Assembly: GCA_043228905.1 (NCBI GenBank)
Contig: JBHGNT010000005.1
Location: 13,392,001 to 13,456,000, forward strand
Length of the DNA: 64,000 nucleotides
Origin: Azolla caroliniana
Lineage: Eukaryota > Plantae > Polypodiophyta
Direction of reading: 5' to 3'
The notes under the pieces are model-generated. The model was not told the DNA's origin and made no database searches. It worked only from the letters and a program-made list of their open reading frames with translations. Positions within the stretch are counted from its first letter, which is position 1; every line of letters begins with the position of its first letter. Shown piece by piece: positions 1 through 11,600 of the stretch. Both the position numbers and the translations under genes were made by a program.

Positions 1-1
1 T

Positions 2-160
2 CACCTGGCGGAACTCGACGGCACGAGAATGGCGATACCGGTTGCAGGGAAGCGGATCAAAGCGTTCAAAAAGCGACACGACGACGAGCCAGACCCGGCT
101 CTCCTGGTCGGCAGTGACGAACGATCCGAAAACGAGGAAGAACCGACGGGCGAGGAATGA
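2..160 (+). CDS. pol C-terminus (integrase tail) of Gypsy A, partial
   Basis: LAELDGT...AGKRIK motif typical of the end of Gypsy integrases, followed by an acidic tail and a stop. Confidence 0.7.
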   Translation, partial: HLAELDGTRMAIPVAGKRIKAFKKRHDDEPDPALLVGSDERSENEEEPTGEE

Positions 161-825
161 AGACGGGCCGGTTTTCTCCGTCCCAACTCTCTTGGCGCAT
201 ACCGGAGGATGCGCGGTTAGGTGGGGGCGGATGTCGTGAAGAAAACCGTCCATAGGCGGGATCGGCGCACCTAGGCGTGGGAACCGGTTCTTCACGCGCG
301 CAAGCTCCAAGTTGTACGAAGAAGCGAGTTAGGAGGATAATCGGCAGGAACGGGCCCTAACACAAGTGGAGACAAAGACCGCGCGAACAGTCTTTTCGGT
401 CGCGCGCGCGAGCTAAGGGACGGCACGAGTCGGCGGCGTAACTACGCGGATGCGTGAAGAACGGAGCGGATCCCTGTTCGAAAGGGACAGGGAATAAAGC
501 TGACAGGACGGCCTGCTCGTCGGGCTATATAAGAGCAGGAAAGAGCTGTTGCAGATATCTCGCGCGGAGAGGACGAAGTGCTGTCGGACCGTTTCTGGAC
601 GCTTCTCTCTCTCTGTTTCCTTCCTTCTGGAGCTCCATAGCTTCTGTGCAGGGTTCCGAGGAGGCTCGCGCTGTTTCGAGGAACGCCCGAGTGCTTCCGG
701 CAGCACCTCCAACCTGCTACCCCCCCCCCCTTGCCCCGTTTGTGCGTCGAAGCGAGCAGGCATCGGCATCTGTTCGCCGGCCTGTTCGGTTGTAACCAAC
801 TTGTGCCCCATCGAGGGTTGTAGTA

Positions 826-2658
826 GTGTTAGCCATTTTCTTAATATACATATTAAGTCATTCGCATCTGTCTGTGTCGGTCTCTGTTCGCGTTCTCCGT
901 GCTGAAGGGCCGTGTCCCTGTGTATCCCCGGTCCTGCGAAGCCGGTTCTCTCTCTTTCTCCTCCCTCGCTTGCTCTTTGGTTCGAGACCCCCGCGGTCCC
1001 GCCTCGATTCCACACGCACTTGCGTAATATCTCGACAGCGGGACCAGCCACCGGCGAGTGAACCCATCAGCCAACTCTCCATGCAAGCGCAACAACAGTG
1101 CACCGGCAGCCAATGGCTCCGGTGGATAGGAGACCAAATTGCCGGAGTAGTCGGATGCATAGAGGCGGAGGAAAGAGCGCAAATGGAATGGTTGCTCGTC
1201 ACAACCGATGAACTCGAGACGGCCCGGTCAAGGATCCGGTGCCTGGAACAAGACTTGGATAGGATCACAGGAGATATGGCCAAAATGGCCTTAACCGCAA
1301 CGCAGGTCCAAGCACCAGTGACTCCGGTTGATGTACAGAAGAATAAGACCCTGGAGACAGAAACGGTCCCGGAGAAAGAGGCGGCGCAAGCCCAAGAGCT
1401 TGCGGAATTACGAGATGAGCTAGCCGCACAAGAAGCATTACGGAGTCGCGAGCGCGACTTGAAGAAGGCGGCTGAAGAAGAATTAAGAAAGACTACTGAG
1501 AACCTTCGCTGTGCAGAGGAAAACCTGCGTAAAGGACATCATGCTTACGACCGGCTGAAGGAGGAAAAAGAGAAAGTGTTGCAGGAAAAAGACAAGCTGC
1601 GACGGATGGCGGAAACAGAAATCGAGCGGCTGAAGGAAGAGCTCCGGCAACAGAAGGACCGGGAGGACCGCGCGCGCCGTCAGATAAACCAAAGGCTGAA
1701 GCAGAAGACTGATGATTTCGATCATCTGCATCGAGACTACAAGCAGCTGGAGACGGAGCATCAGCAATGGATGGCTGAGCTCCGGCAAGAGGTTGATAAG
1801 GCCACAACACCACTCGCCGAAGAACGAGCGGAAAGTTCCAGGCTATTGGAGGAAGCGGTGAATGCCCGGATGGAGCTCCACAAACAGAACCATGAAGACA
1901 AGGAAAGAGCGACAATGGTACTACAGAGGTTGCAAACAACCTATCAAACTCAATTGTCGCATTATAGGGAGCAGGAGGCGGACATGGTTCGGATCATCAA
2001 GCAGTTGAAGGAAGAGCGACAAGCCGCAGAAAATAAATCACAGATGGGAGCCGAACGGATCCAGTGCATCCTCCGGTCATGGCTCACTAAAACCAAAAGC
2101 TTGATTGATGACAGCTCTGTGCGTTGGTGGGCAAAATGGGCGCAGAATACTGCGGAAATACAATTGCTTAGGGCGGACGTTGAAAATCGGCAAAAGGAGG
2201 GCGACGACTGTTATATGCTGACCTCGGAGGACTTCACCACCATCAGGGACGAGCTGGCGGAAGATTTCACAGCCCTGGCGGATGAACAATTGGTGCAGGT
2301 CCGGTAGCTCGTAACTCAACTAGACAATGATCGGCTGGAGGCTCAAATCCAGTTCGAAAGCTATGAGCGGTCCTGGCTCCAGGAAGAAAAAGCGCGAAAG
2401 GCGGCAACGGTCAACCTTAGTGATGAGGAACCGTCGCTGGTGCAAAGACCGGAGGGGGAACAGGCCGGGGTCAGTCGGCCACAGACAACTCCGACGGAGG
2501 AACCAACGACAGAAACACCGGTGCCAGAGCCACAAACGGAGCAGCAGCCACAGCCACAAATGGAACAACAGCAGCAACCACAACAGCAACAACAGATTCT
2601 CGATGAGCCATTGGAAATTTTGGAGCAAAGCATTCTGGACATTTTGGACGAAGCGTAA
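826..2658 (+). pseudogene. Extra 3' ORF of Gypsy A: long coiled-coil protein with Q/E/P-rich tail (first ATG at 1081, one internal TAG at 2305-2307)
   Basis: ORFs 826-2307 and 2440-2658 share one frame. The homologous copy in element D reads through the position of the TAG (MVRQLVAQLDDDRL). The frame ends ILDILDEA*. Confidence 0.8.
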
Positions 2659-2671
2659 AAGGGGCCGGATA

Positions 2672-2711
2672 ATGGGTTCCACATACAAGGTACTGTCCCA
2701 CGGGTGTGCCA
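2672..2711 (+). other. tRNA-3'-end-like module (inverted PBS) in place of the PPT, element A
   Basis: ATGGG-TTCC-ACATACAAGGTACTGT-CCCAC-GGGTGT-G-CCA, then 2 nt (TG), then the LTR start TGTTACC at 2714. Confidence 0.8.
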
Positions 2712-2713
2712 TG

Positions 2714-3176
2714 TGTTACCGGCCGGCAAAGAAGGCTAAAGGAGGTCCAAACCGGAGTGTGAAAGGAATAGTTATTCGGGAACTGTTGGAATTAGTAGTC
2801 TGAATATATACATATTATTATATAAGAAGATGTGGATGGACGGACCGGAATCGGTATGCCGATCCGGATCCGGAACGATACCGTAAAGGTGCCGGTTGGC
2901 ACCATTTTGTATTTCGCACCGGAGACCTATATAAAGGCCCGGTTACAATGTAATCAGGAGCGGATAATTAATAAAGTTTATGGTCTTAATCTTCAAGTGT
3001 TGATTACCGTTCTGTAATTATTGTCATATCTTATGCATGTTAATTATGGATGGCTAAGTAATCGATTAAGGTCTAATTAAGCGTTGTGTCGTAAGTCATT
3101 CTGTCGTACCACCCTTTGGTGACGTGTCTTGAGTGGACACCCTGTGTTAGGCTGTTGTCCGGCCCTAGCAATAACC
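2714..3176 (+). repeat. 3' LTR of Gypsy A
   Basis: Starts TGTTACCGGCC, has TATATAAAGG near 2928, ends GGCCCTAGCAATAAC(C). Aligns with the reverse complement of the LTRs at 49076 and 51211. Confidence 0.8.
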
Positions 3177-3687
3177 CCATCGTGGTCGCCAAAAAGTGTT
3201 GTATGTTTTAGGGTCAGGGTTAAGGACGATGATAATCATGATAAAGATAGACATGGTATGGTGGTTATGATGATGATGGAGAGTATGGGATTGATGAAGC
3301 ATTGCGGGGTGGGGGGTGGTGCCTAGAATGGCTCCACCCCCCTCCCAAGGGGATTCAACGTTGAGGGGGAGAGAGAGAGAAAGAGAGATGACAAGAGAGA
3401 GAGAGATTGAGAGAGAAAATGGTTATTCATGTTTCATTCATTCCCCATAAGGGGTTAAATAGTACAAGAGGGGGTAGATACATAGGGGTGTAAGCCCCCT
3501 CGAGCATTCATATTGGACACTCACTCACACCTCCTCGTATCCATCCACATGCACACACGTGTGCATGTGTTCACATACGTATAGACTCACAATTACATTT
3601 ATGCCCCCTACACATACATAACATCATGATAACATTCAACCCTTGCTCATCACACTTGACTCTCCGTACATCTCGTACGGGGTAACA
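3176..3687 (-). mobile_element. 5' LTR (3197-3687) and PBS (3176-3191) of an oppositely oriented Gypsy-type element B
   Basis: Minus strand reads TGTTACCCC...CATACAACA, then CTTTT, then TGGCGACCACGATGGG (same PBS type as element D). The LTR has TATTTAA followed by (TC)n. Confidence 0.7.
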
Positions 3688-4289
3688 ATGTCAATGCCAT
3701 GTGTCTTTCGTAAGTGTGCCTCCATGTCTCATTTCTTTAGATACCATCTTTGCTCGCACCGGCAAGACTCAACCAATATACAATATTGGCACTTGTTCCC
3801 TTGTGAATCTCGCCCACATATGTACAACAAGTTGGGAGATCACAATATGTTGTCGCGACTATGCATTACATTTGTTGGGCCACATCTACAAAACTATCGG
3901 TGGAATACAATGAACTACATCCACATACCATTTGGAGGAGCATCTTCCTCGAATGATGACATGCCTTGTATGGGGTCAAACCTAGGATGAGAAATCACCA
4001 TTGGTTGGTCCAACCTCTCTCCACCCTTAGAATTGTCGAATGTATTGCTTTGTCTTCTCACGAAAACCCTAGAACCAAAGCATTGGTTCGCATACATGCA
4101 TCACTGTTCATGACTACAAGCAATAAAAAATTATTCGTGACATACCCCACTTCACTTGGATATATGTCACCCTTATCACAATCAAACCCCTGTTTGTACT
4201 TGGACTTGGAAACCATCTATACAATCAAGCAAAAGCAATAATAAAAAATCTTCCAATAAAAGATGACTTCAGATGTTTATGTTTCCCAT

Positions 4290-4570
4290 GTAGATAAATG
4301 CAATTACACACTTTTTCATCCAACTTTACTAACTACTCAAAGGCCCACCTCCCAAGCTCTACATTTAACCATTTCCGGTAAGTGCCTAAAAGATCCAACC
4401 ATCATTGAAGACAATAAGATGGTGGCACCTTCTCGATAAACACCATTTCTTTCTCAAAATGCCCTGCACGGTTGAAACCTAAAAGTTCTACCATGCAAGC
4501 ATAGTGTTCTAAAGTAGGTTTGAGACAGTAAACATTCTCCATATCATCAAAAAACATTTGTCCCGTTTCG
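4290..4570 (-). pseudogene. PLS-class PPR gene relic (last repeats and E domain)
   Basis: Minus-strand translation GQMFFDDMENVYCLKPTLEHYACMVELLG..RAGHFEK...WLDLLGTYRKWLNVELGRWAFE*LVKLDEK, with two in-frame stops. Confidence 0.85.
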
Positions 4571-4592
4571 GAACCCTATTCATGAAATATAT

Positions 4593-4924
4593 GATTTCCA
4601 ATATGAAAAATTTGCAGAAAAAGTAGAAACAAATAAAATACCAACATGTGAATTAAGCAGGTGGCGATGAAGATGGTGTTCCAAATGCACGTCGAAGACT
4701 GCTTGACTGATTTTGTCACAAATTTTTAACGAGATTGTCAAGATTTTGTGAGATTTCCAATATGAAAAATTTGCAGAAAAAGTAGAAACAAATAAAATAC
4801 CAACATGTGAATTAAGCAGGTGGCGATGAAGATGGTGTTCCAAATGCACGTCGAAGACTGCTTGACTGATTTTGTTTTCCCTTCACAAAATCTTGACAAT
4901 CTCGTTAAAAAATTGTGACAAAAT
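4593..4924. repeat. Direct duplication (about 124 bp, period 159) separated by an inverted 42-bp copy of downstream sequence
   Basis: 4593-4716 equals 4752-4875. 4710-4751 is the reverse complement of 4883-4924 with 1 mismatch. Confidence 0.85.
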
Positions 4925-5246
4925 GATAGGTTTCAAGGTTTTATACGACTTGGTTGGGCAACCACAATTGGTTGGGTGACCATATTTGGTTGGGTGACCG
5001 AGCTGGTGATAGTTGGGTGACTCGTAAGTAGTCGAGTGATTGAAGGTCTTAGCGTTGGGTGACTACTAACAACTTTTTTTATTCGTGTGTTTACTTATCT
5101 AGATCGGATGTTGCGTATTGCACATGCCCTTAGCTGAGCGACCTGCGTCGTCCGTGCCCCCGATTCCCTCGCGAGGCCTATTTATGATTCAGGTGCAAAT
5201 AGAGACATCGCATACATACATAAAAAACATACATACATAATGGTAT

Positions 5247-5283
5247 AAGAAGAAGAAGAAGAAGAAGAAGAAAGAAGAAAGAA
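5247..5283. repeat. (AAG)n microsatellite upstream of the SLC35F gene
   Basis: Read directly from the sequence. A (TA)n run also lies at about 5468-5488. Confidence 0.9.
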
Positions 5284-5676
5284 GAGTGGAGTGATGACCA
5301 TGTGACATACATGCACAAATGCATTTCGGTCGTACATCAAATAAATATAACTATATATATATGTATGTAAATTATCAACCGATCGATCGATCGGTCAAAG
5401 AGAGCGCAGCGCACAGTAGGAAGAGGAGGATGAGGATTACAGGCACCAGGGCACAGGGCACCAGGCATATATATATATATATATATATGTATCTAATAAA
5501 TAGATCGAAAATCAGTCGTCATTTACACCCACCACTCACTCTTTCTTTTTCGTTTTTAGCTTCCTCCACTCCACGTACAACGTACATACATACATACATA
5601 CATATATGTAATGGGCTATTCCTTTCTCTCTCATCCCTCCCCCTCATCCGCTTTCTAGGCGCTGTGCATAGAAGCT

Positions 5677-8600
5677 ATGGAAACCTCCATGCTCTACAGA
5701 CTTCTGGGAGCCCTGGCTCTCGGCCAGTTCGCTTCTCTCCTTATCACCATGACTGGATTCGCCTCTACTGAACTCACTCTTCAAGGTATAAAAAAATGAA
5801 AGATAAACATAACAATAAAACGATAACATACATAAATAAAATCTTTTCCTTAGAACTTTCTTTGAATAGCTTCATGTGATGGAAATGCTTTTTCAGGGCA
5901 GGGTTGAATTCTAATATCTAACGTGTCCCCCAAAAGACAGCTCCATTCTTGTTCCACAATTCATTTGAGTATCTCTTTTTGTGTTAAAATTTAGTCCGGA
6001 ATACCTATCTATTTAAACAAATTTGGCTACTTCTAAGCCAGTAAAGCTATTAAATCTGCATGACCTAGGCATGCCTTACTAAAATGTTGTTGGCTCCTGA
6101 TTCATTCTGATATTGCATATTATACAAACGATTCTGGTTGAATTCGAATATCTACAGCATCAAATCTATATGTTCTAATCATTGGCCTAACTAAACCCTC
6201 ATGATCGTCCACACATCACTTGAATATTTCTCATTTTCTAACCAATTTTTAGTGTAATCCTAATCATTGTATTAGATCTATGTGATCCATCCCTTCATTT
6301 GAATATCTCACATTATCTAAATAAATTTTCGGTGTAATCCTAACCTATGTATCAGATCTACATGATCCATCATGCCCTAATGAAACCGTCATCATTACCC
6401 TACATTTCATTTGAATGTCTCCTATTATATAAACAAATTTGTTTGAAATCCAAAATTTGGCAATAAACTACATGTTTCACTCATGCCCTAACTAAACCAT
6501 AATCCTTTCCTGCAGTTCAATCGAGAATAGAATATAGGAAGCCATTGACATGGTGTTCTACATTTGTTCCCTTTTGGTCTACCAGAGGCTGACGTTCCTA
6601 TAAGACATTTCTGGAGTACCAAAAGTAGTCTCCTGTAGGTATCCAGTAAAAGGACAAATAATGCAGAAAATGAATATGATGGTGATGGGTCCAAGGTGTG
6701 CTCCTATATAGTATATCCACATGATATATGTAAGTATATGACGAGCTCCATCCCCAAATTTTAGCGGGATACGTAATGGAATGCATGGAGGTAGTGGATC
6801 GAGAAGTCCTCGTATTAGAGTCGCCAGATCACATTGGACCTGAGGTCTCTTCTTGTAGATGTGTTTTTCCATTCAATCATGCTATAAAATTCTCTTATTA
6901 AATGTAATGTTATACCAACATTTTCAAAAGGCCAAAGTGACTCATGGAACCAAAAGGTACATCCAGGTGAAGATATAGAATGTATGGCAATGAAATGAAA
7001 TGAGACTGTATCTAAACTAGCTACCTTCCCTATGTTATGTTATACGGCATTTGCTAGTGGTATGCCTTCAATATTATATATCTGTGGTGTGATTTGGCTG
7101 TTGGAGTACAGTGTTGTAAATTCCACGAGGCTTTTTTCTCAGTATTGATGTAATAATAAAATGAGTAAATTTATGGTGTTACTGTCTCTTAGTATTTGAT
7201 GGAGGATGCTTAAGTGAACCATAAAACTTGGGTACTAGACATTTATTTTCGTCTGTGATGCAGGTATTGATGTGCCAACAACACAGTCAGTTTGTTCATA
7301 CTCATTGGTGGGTGTTTTATATGGCACTATTTTTCTGATTAGGAGAAAGCCAGCACAGGTTCCATTCTTTGACCCTTCTTTAATTCAGTAATGTTAATTT
7401 GTTTCACACGCTAAATAGAAGATTTCCTACCCTCAAGCTGTAATGACCTTAGGTGAGAAAATATTTGACCCTGGCATATTTAATTGTTGCATGTTTCTGT
7501 AGTAGGCAAGAAAACTGCTTTTACATTTTGAAATTGGGTTCATGCATCTTCTATCAGCATCCTTGTCACACATCCATCTAGAATATTGATAGGCTACCAG
7601 TTTCTCCATACCTCTGGAAGATTGAATATCTTAACATGCATTTTAAACATTATGGAGATTTTTAGTAGATACTGAACATTTTTTTATTTATCTAGCGTGC
7701 TTAGATTTTTTGGGATTTTCTTATTCATTAATTAGATTTTGTGCTCACATTTGTGATCTAGGGAGGTTTGTTGACATTTCCATTCTTTCGACACTTTCAG
7801 ATGCATAGAAATCTACCATTCTCACAGATTCCATTTTGTGGGTCTTTGCACTACACAACTGGGTACTATTATGCACTGCACAACTGGGCAGCTGAGAACT
7901 TCATCACATTAGTTAGAGATTGAGGTAGGCAGATATACACGTATACATGTAGAAGAAAGAATTTGCCAATTGTGTCATCAAGGAGTGGAATCCGAACAAC
8001 ACTATTTTTGTCACTGTAGTGTCTTTTATGAAATCAGAGGGAGATACCATTGCCTCTTTAAACAAGGCTTTGGCCCACTACGCAAGGTAATGGAATATGA
8101 GGACCAATGGTCCCCAGGACTTTTTTTGCTAGAACTCAAGAGACATAGGGAAAAGTTGTTGAAGGACAATAATATAGCCACACTAGCTCATCCACAAAGG
8201 ACAACCACAACTTTCTTTAGCTCCATCACTCCTACTAATGCTACAACTCAATCATGGGATACACAAATGGGCTCCCGATCAGGACATAACAAAGGGGTTA
8301 CAATAGATCGAGCAATAGCAATTTGTTGTGCACTTTTATTTTTACTGAGTAATACTTATTTTATCTTGATTTGTTGTTCTCAAAGACGAGACACCACTTA
8401 AGATGTAATCTCTTGTTTGGTCTTATAGGCCATTTTGGCCTCTTAAAAGACGTTAATATATCTTTCTTTTTCTTTCTTTCTTTCTACCTTCCAATGCCTT
8501 GTAAGGAAGAAGAAGAGATTGTACTTAGCTAAATTTGAACATCATTTGTATCACTTGTTTCTAGGACAAGAAAGTAAAATAGCACGGAAAATGTTTAATG

Positions 8601-11600
8601 AGAGGCAACCTACCACACAATTGACCTCAACTCAAGTGTGGCATGGATATGCTAAGGTCCTATATGATATCCTGGGGCAACCTCCACTCCCCCACCCACA
8701 TGGCTCACGCCCACATGATTCCACCTTTTTTACTACACAAAATATAAGAAATGCCATTGATCTGTTCCGGTTTGGGAAGGCCCAAGATCATGATGGATTA
8801 GTTGATGAGCACTTTATCGATGCCCATGACATCTTGCTCCCATTGATAGCACACATATGTAATAGAGCCATGTGTGAAGGTTTCCCTACTAGATGGGCAG
8901 AACATAACATTGTGCCAATCCTCAAGAGTGGAGACCCCATGATGCCAAGCAACTATAGGACAATCAAGAATTTTGCTAAACTATATGGCTTGATTCTAGA
9001 GTCAAAATTGAGTATCTGGGCAAAGCGAAATTGCTGCCGTTCAACTGGACAGGCAGGCTTTTGGAAGGGGTTCACAACTTTGGATCACATATTGTCCCTT
9101 CAAGCCCTTATCGAGGAGGGTAGAGCCCATAATAAGAGGATTTATTGCTGCTTTTTGGATTTCTGAAAAGCCTTTGACATTGTGCCTCGTGCTCGGCTTA
9201 TGCAACAACTAGCAGCCCTCGGTGTCCCTATAGATATGCAATGGGAATCTATGCACAGTATGAATACATGTCAGGAAAAGTGCGGTCTCCCAAGGGTTTG
9301 TCAAAGGTAGTGGCTAGCACAATTAGAGTGAAACAAGGATGCCCACTATCGTCCACTCTCTTCAGTCTCTATATAGATGAGGTATCACATTACATAGAGA
9401 AACTCAGGGGTTCAGTAGCATACCTTGCGGGTATTGTTAGGAAACAGGTCCCTCTGGATGGGATGAGCACGAGGCAGATTGGAGTTCGAAGTCCGAGTAC
9501 TAGATCGGATGGGTCTGAAGGAGATAAAGACCGGACCTGGACCCGGACCGGCCGGAAGGCATCCAGTCAGATCCGGATAGGTATCCGGAAGTGAACATAT
9601 TTATAAATATGTTTTTGGTGCGTCTAAGATAGGCCATATTTGTAAATAGCCCATAGCATGTATTATTATAGATACACCTAGGGCAAATCATTATGAGATG
9701 ACAATTGTTGTCATTGTAACTAGTGCATCCTGAGTGTGAGTGCAACTAGAGTGTAGGAGAGAGATTGAGAGTTGTAACTCTATAGTCGTCTGTGGACGAA
9801 GAAGAACTCAAGGCCATTGCCTTGGAGTCCCTTATTGTATATTCCTTCTACCTTAGTTACTTGTTTGGAGTTTGTGGACTCCTGTGGTTTTTCCCTTTCA
9901 GGGTTCTCCACGTTAAATCTTGTGTCTCGGTGTTCTCTATACTTTTACTTTTGTCTTTTGTTCTTTTGTCATTTCGATCCTTGCACCCGCGTACGCACAC
10001 GTGTCAACTGGTTGTGGCCGGTAGTATCCTCAATAGGTATAGCTATACAAATGTTACTATATGCTGATGATATTGTGCTGATTTCCGACTCTTTGGACGG
10101 ACTACAAAAACATCTAAATGCTGTAAAAGTATTGTATATGGACGAAGGTTTGTTGATAAACATGGATAAAACTAAAGTAATGGTGTTTAACACTACTCAA
10201 GCATAGGTAACAAGATAAGAACCTGAATTCTTCTTGGGAGAGGAAAAGGTGAACATACATGCTCCTACTTATACCTAGGAGTAACATTTACAAGGCCTAG
10301 GTTCTCCTTACGGAAGGCTTCTTGTGCTCGACTTTCTCATGGACATGCAGCCCTTGGTGCTCTTGAAACACAATGTCCAAATTTGCAGTTCCAAGAGCCA
10401 CAAAGTACACTATGGCTATTTGATACTCTTGTGAAACCAACTCTTCTCTATGGAGTAGAAATGTGGGGACCAATTCTTACTAGAAAGGTTTAGAAAGACC
10501 TTTAGTGTCAATGGTTGCCTGCATGATAAGGAGCAAAGTATCAATGCCCATGATATGGTACAGGTGGAGATGGGAGCAGCCCCTAAAATCAACGATGCAT
10601 TATTATGATCAGTGACCTGTATCCAACATCTATGGGAGCTCCCTAAAGTAAGGTACTCAAGGTTGCCACCTATGTCATCAAGGTTGAAATGCAGCAATGG
10701 TTCGAGTTACATGGTATAAGCATAAATGCACTACCCCCATTCCAATATAGCTTCGACTATCCCCATCTAAACATCTATGAGAGCTCCCTAAAGTAAGGTA
10801 CTCAAGGTTGCCACTTATGTCATCAAGGCTGAAATGCAGCAATGGTTCGAGTTACATGGCATAAGCATAAATGCACTACCCCCGTTCCAATATAGCTTAG
10901 ACTATCCCCATCTAAACATGACTAAAGTAGAAAAGGATAGAGTGATCCGATCTGATATTATTAACTTGGAAAGCTAGATAACATGGATCAGCCCCACAAT
11001 GACAAAGAAACTTTTTACACACATCAGAGGATGGATTCATCATCAGCCCACCTTATATGGACATACATCTATCCTATGCATTGCGTAGTGTGATAGGGCA
11101 GCTGCGAACTTCATCACATCAGTAGAGATTGAGGTAGGCAGATATGCACAGATACCTCTAGAAGAAAGAATTTGCCAATTGTGATTAAGGAATGGAATCT
11201 GAAGAACACTATATTTGTGACTGTAGTGTCTTTTATAATAAGAGGGAGATACCATTGCCTCTTTAAACAAGGCTTTGGCCCCCATCATTCCTACTAATGC
11301 TACAAGTCAATCAAGGTTTACACAAATGGGCTCTCAACCAAGACATAGCAAAGGGGTTACAATGGATCAGGAAATAGCAAGTTGTCATGCACATAGGCCC
11401 CAACCCCATGGACCATGACCTCACCACCCTTGTCACTAGAGATCTTTCGAAGACAAAAGTTACAATATATTTGACTTGAAAATCTTACATGTACTGATAA
11501 CAAGATTCTTTAGTCCCTTTTTATCTTATTTAGTTTTATGTTTACGTAGTGACATCTATTTTATTTTGATTTGTTGTTCTCAGAGACGAGACAACACTTA

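Larger units (their letters stand above)
1..3176 (+). mobile_element. Gypsy LTR retrotransposon A, 3' part (integrase tail, extra coiled-coil ORF, 3' LTR)
   Basis: Frame from nt 2 reads HLAELDGTRMAIPVAGKRIKAFKK to TGA at about 160 (Gypsy integrase C-terminus). An extra ORF follows. LTR 2714-3176 is homologous to the paired LTRs of element D. The 5' part lies outside the window. Confidence 0.85.

Noticed and set aside
826-1080. Hydrophobic N-terminus suggesting an env-like membrane protein
   Set aside because: It lies upstream of the first ATG in a CT-rich, probably non-coding tract.
4593-5066. CRISPR-like array
   Set aside because: Eukaryotic context, irregular units, no constant repeat-spacer period and no cas genes.
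5319-5771. 150-aa ORF at the SLC35F 5' end
   Set aside because: It runs through microsatellites and is out of frame with the true exon 1 (ATG at 5677).
6210-6870. Roughly 80-bp degenerate repeats and short minus-strand ORFs in intron 1
   Set aside because: Too degraded to assign. Possibly an old LINE end, but there is no convincing motif.
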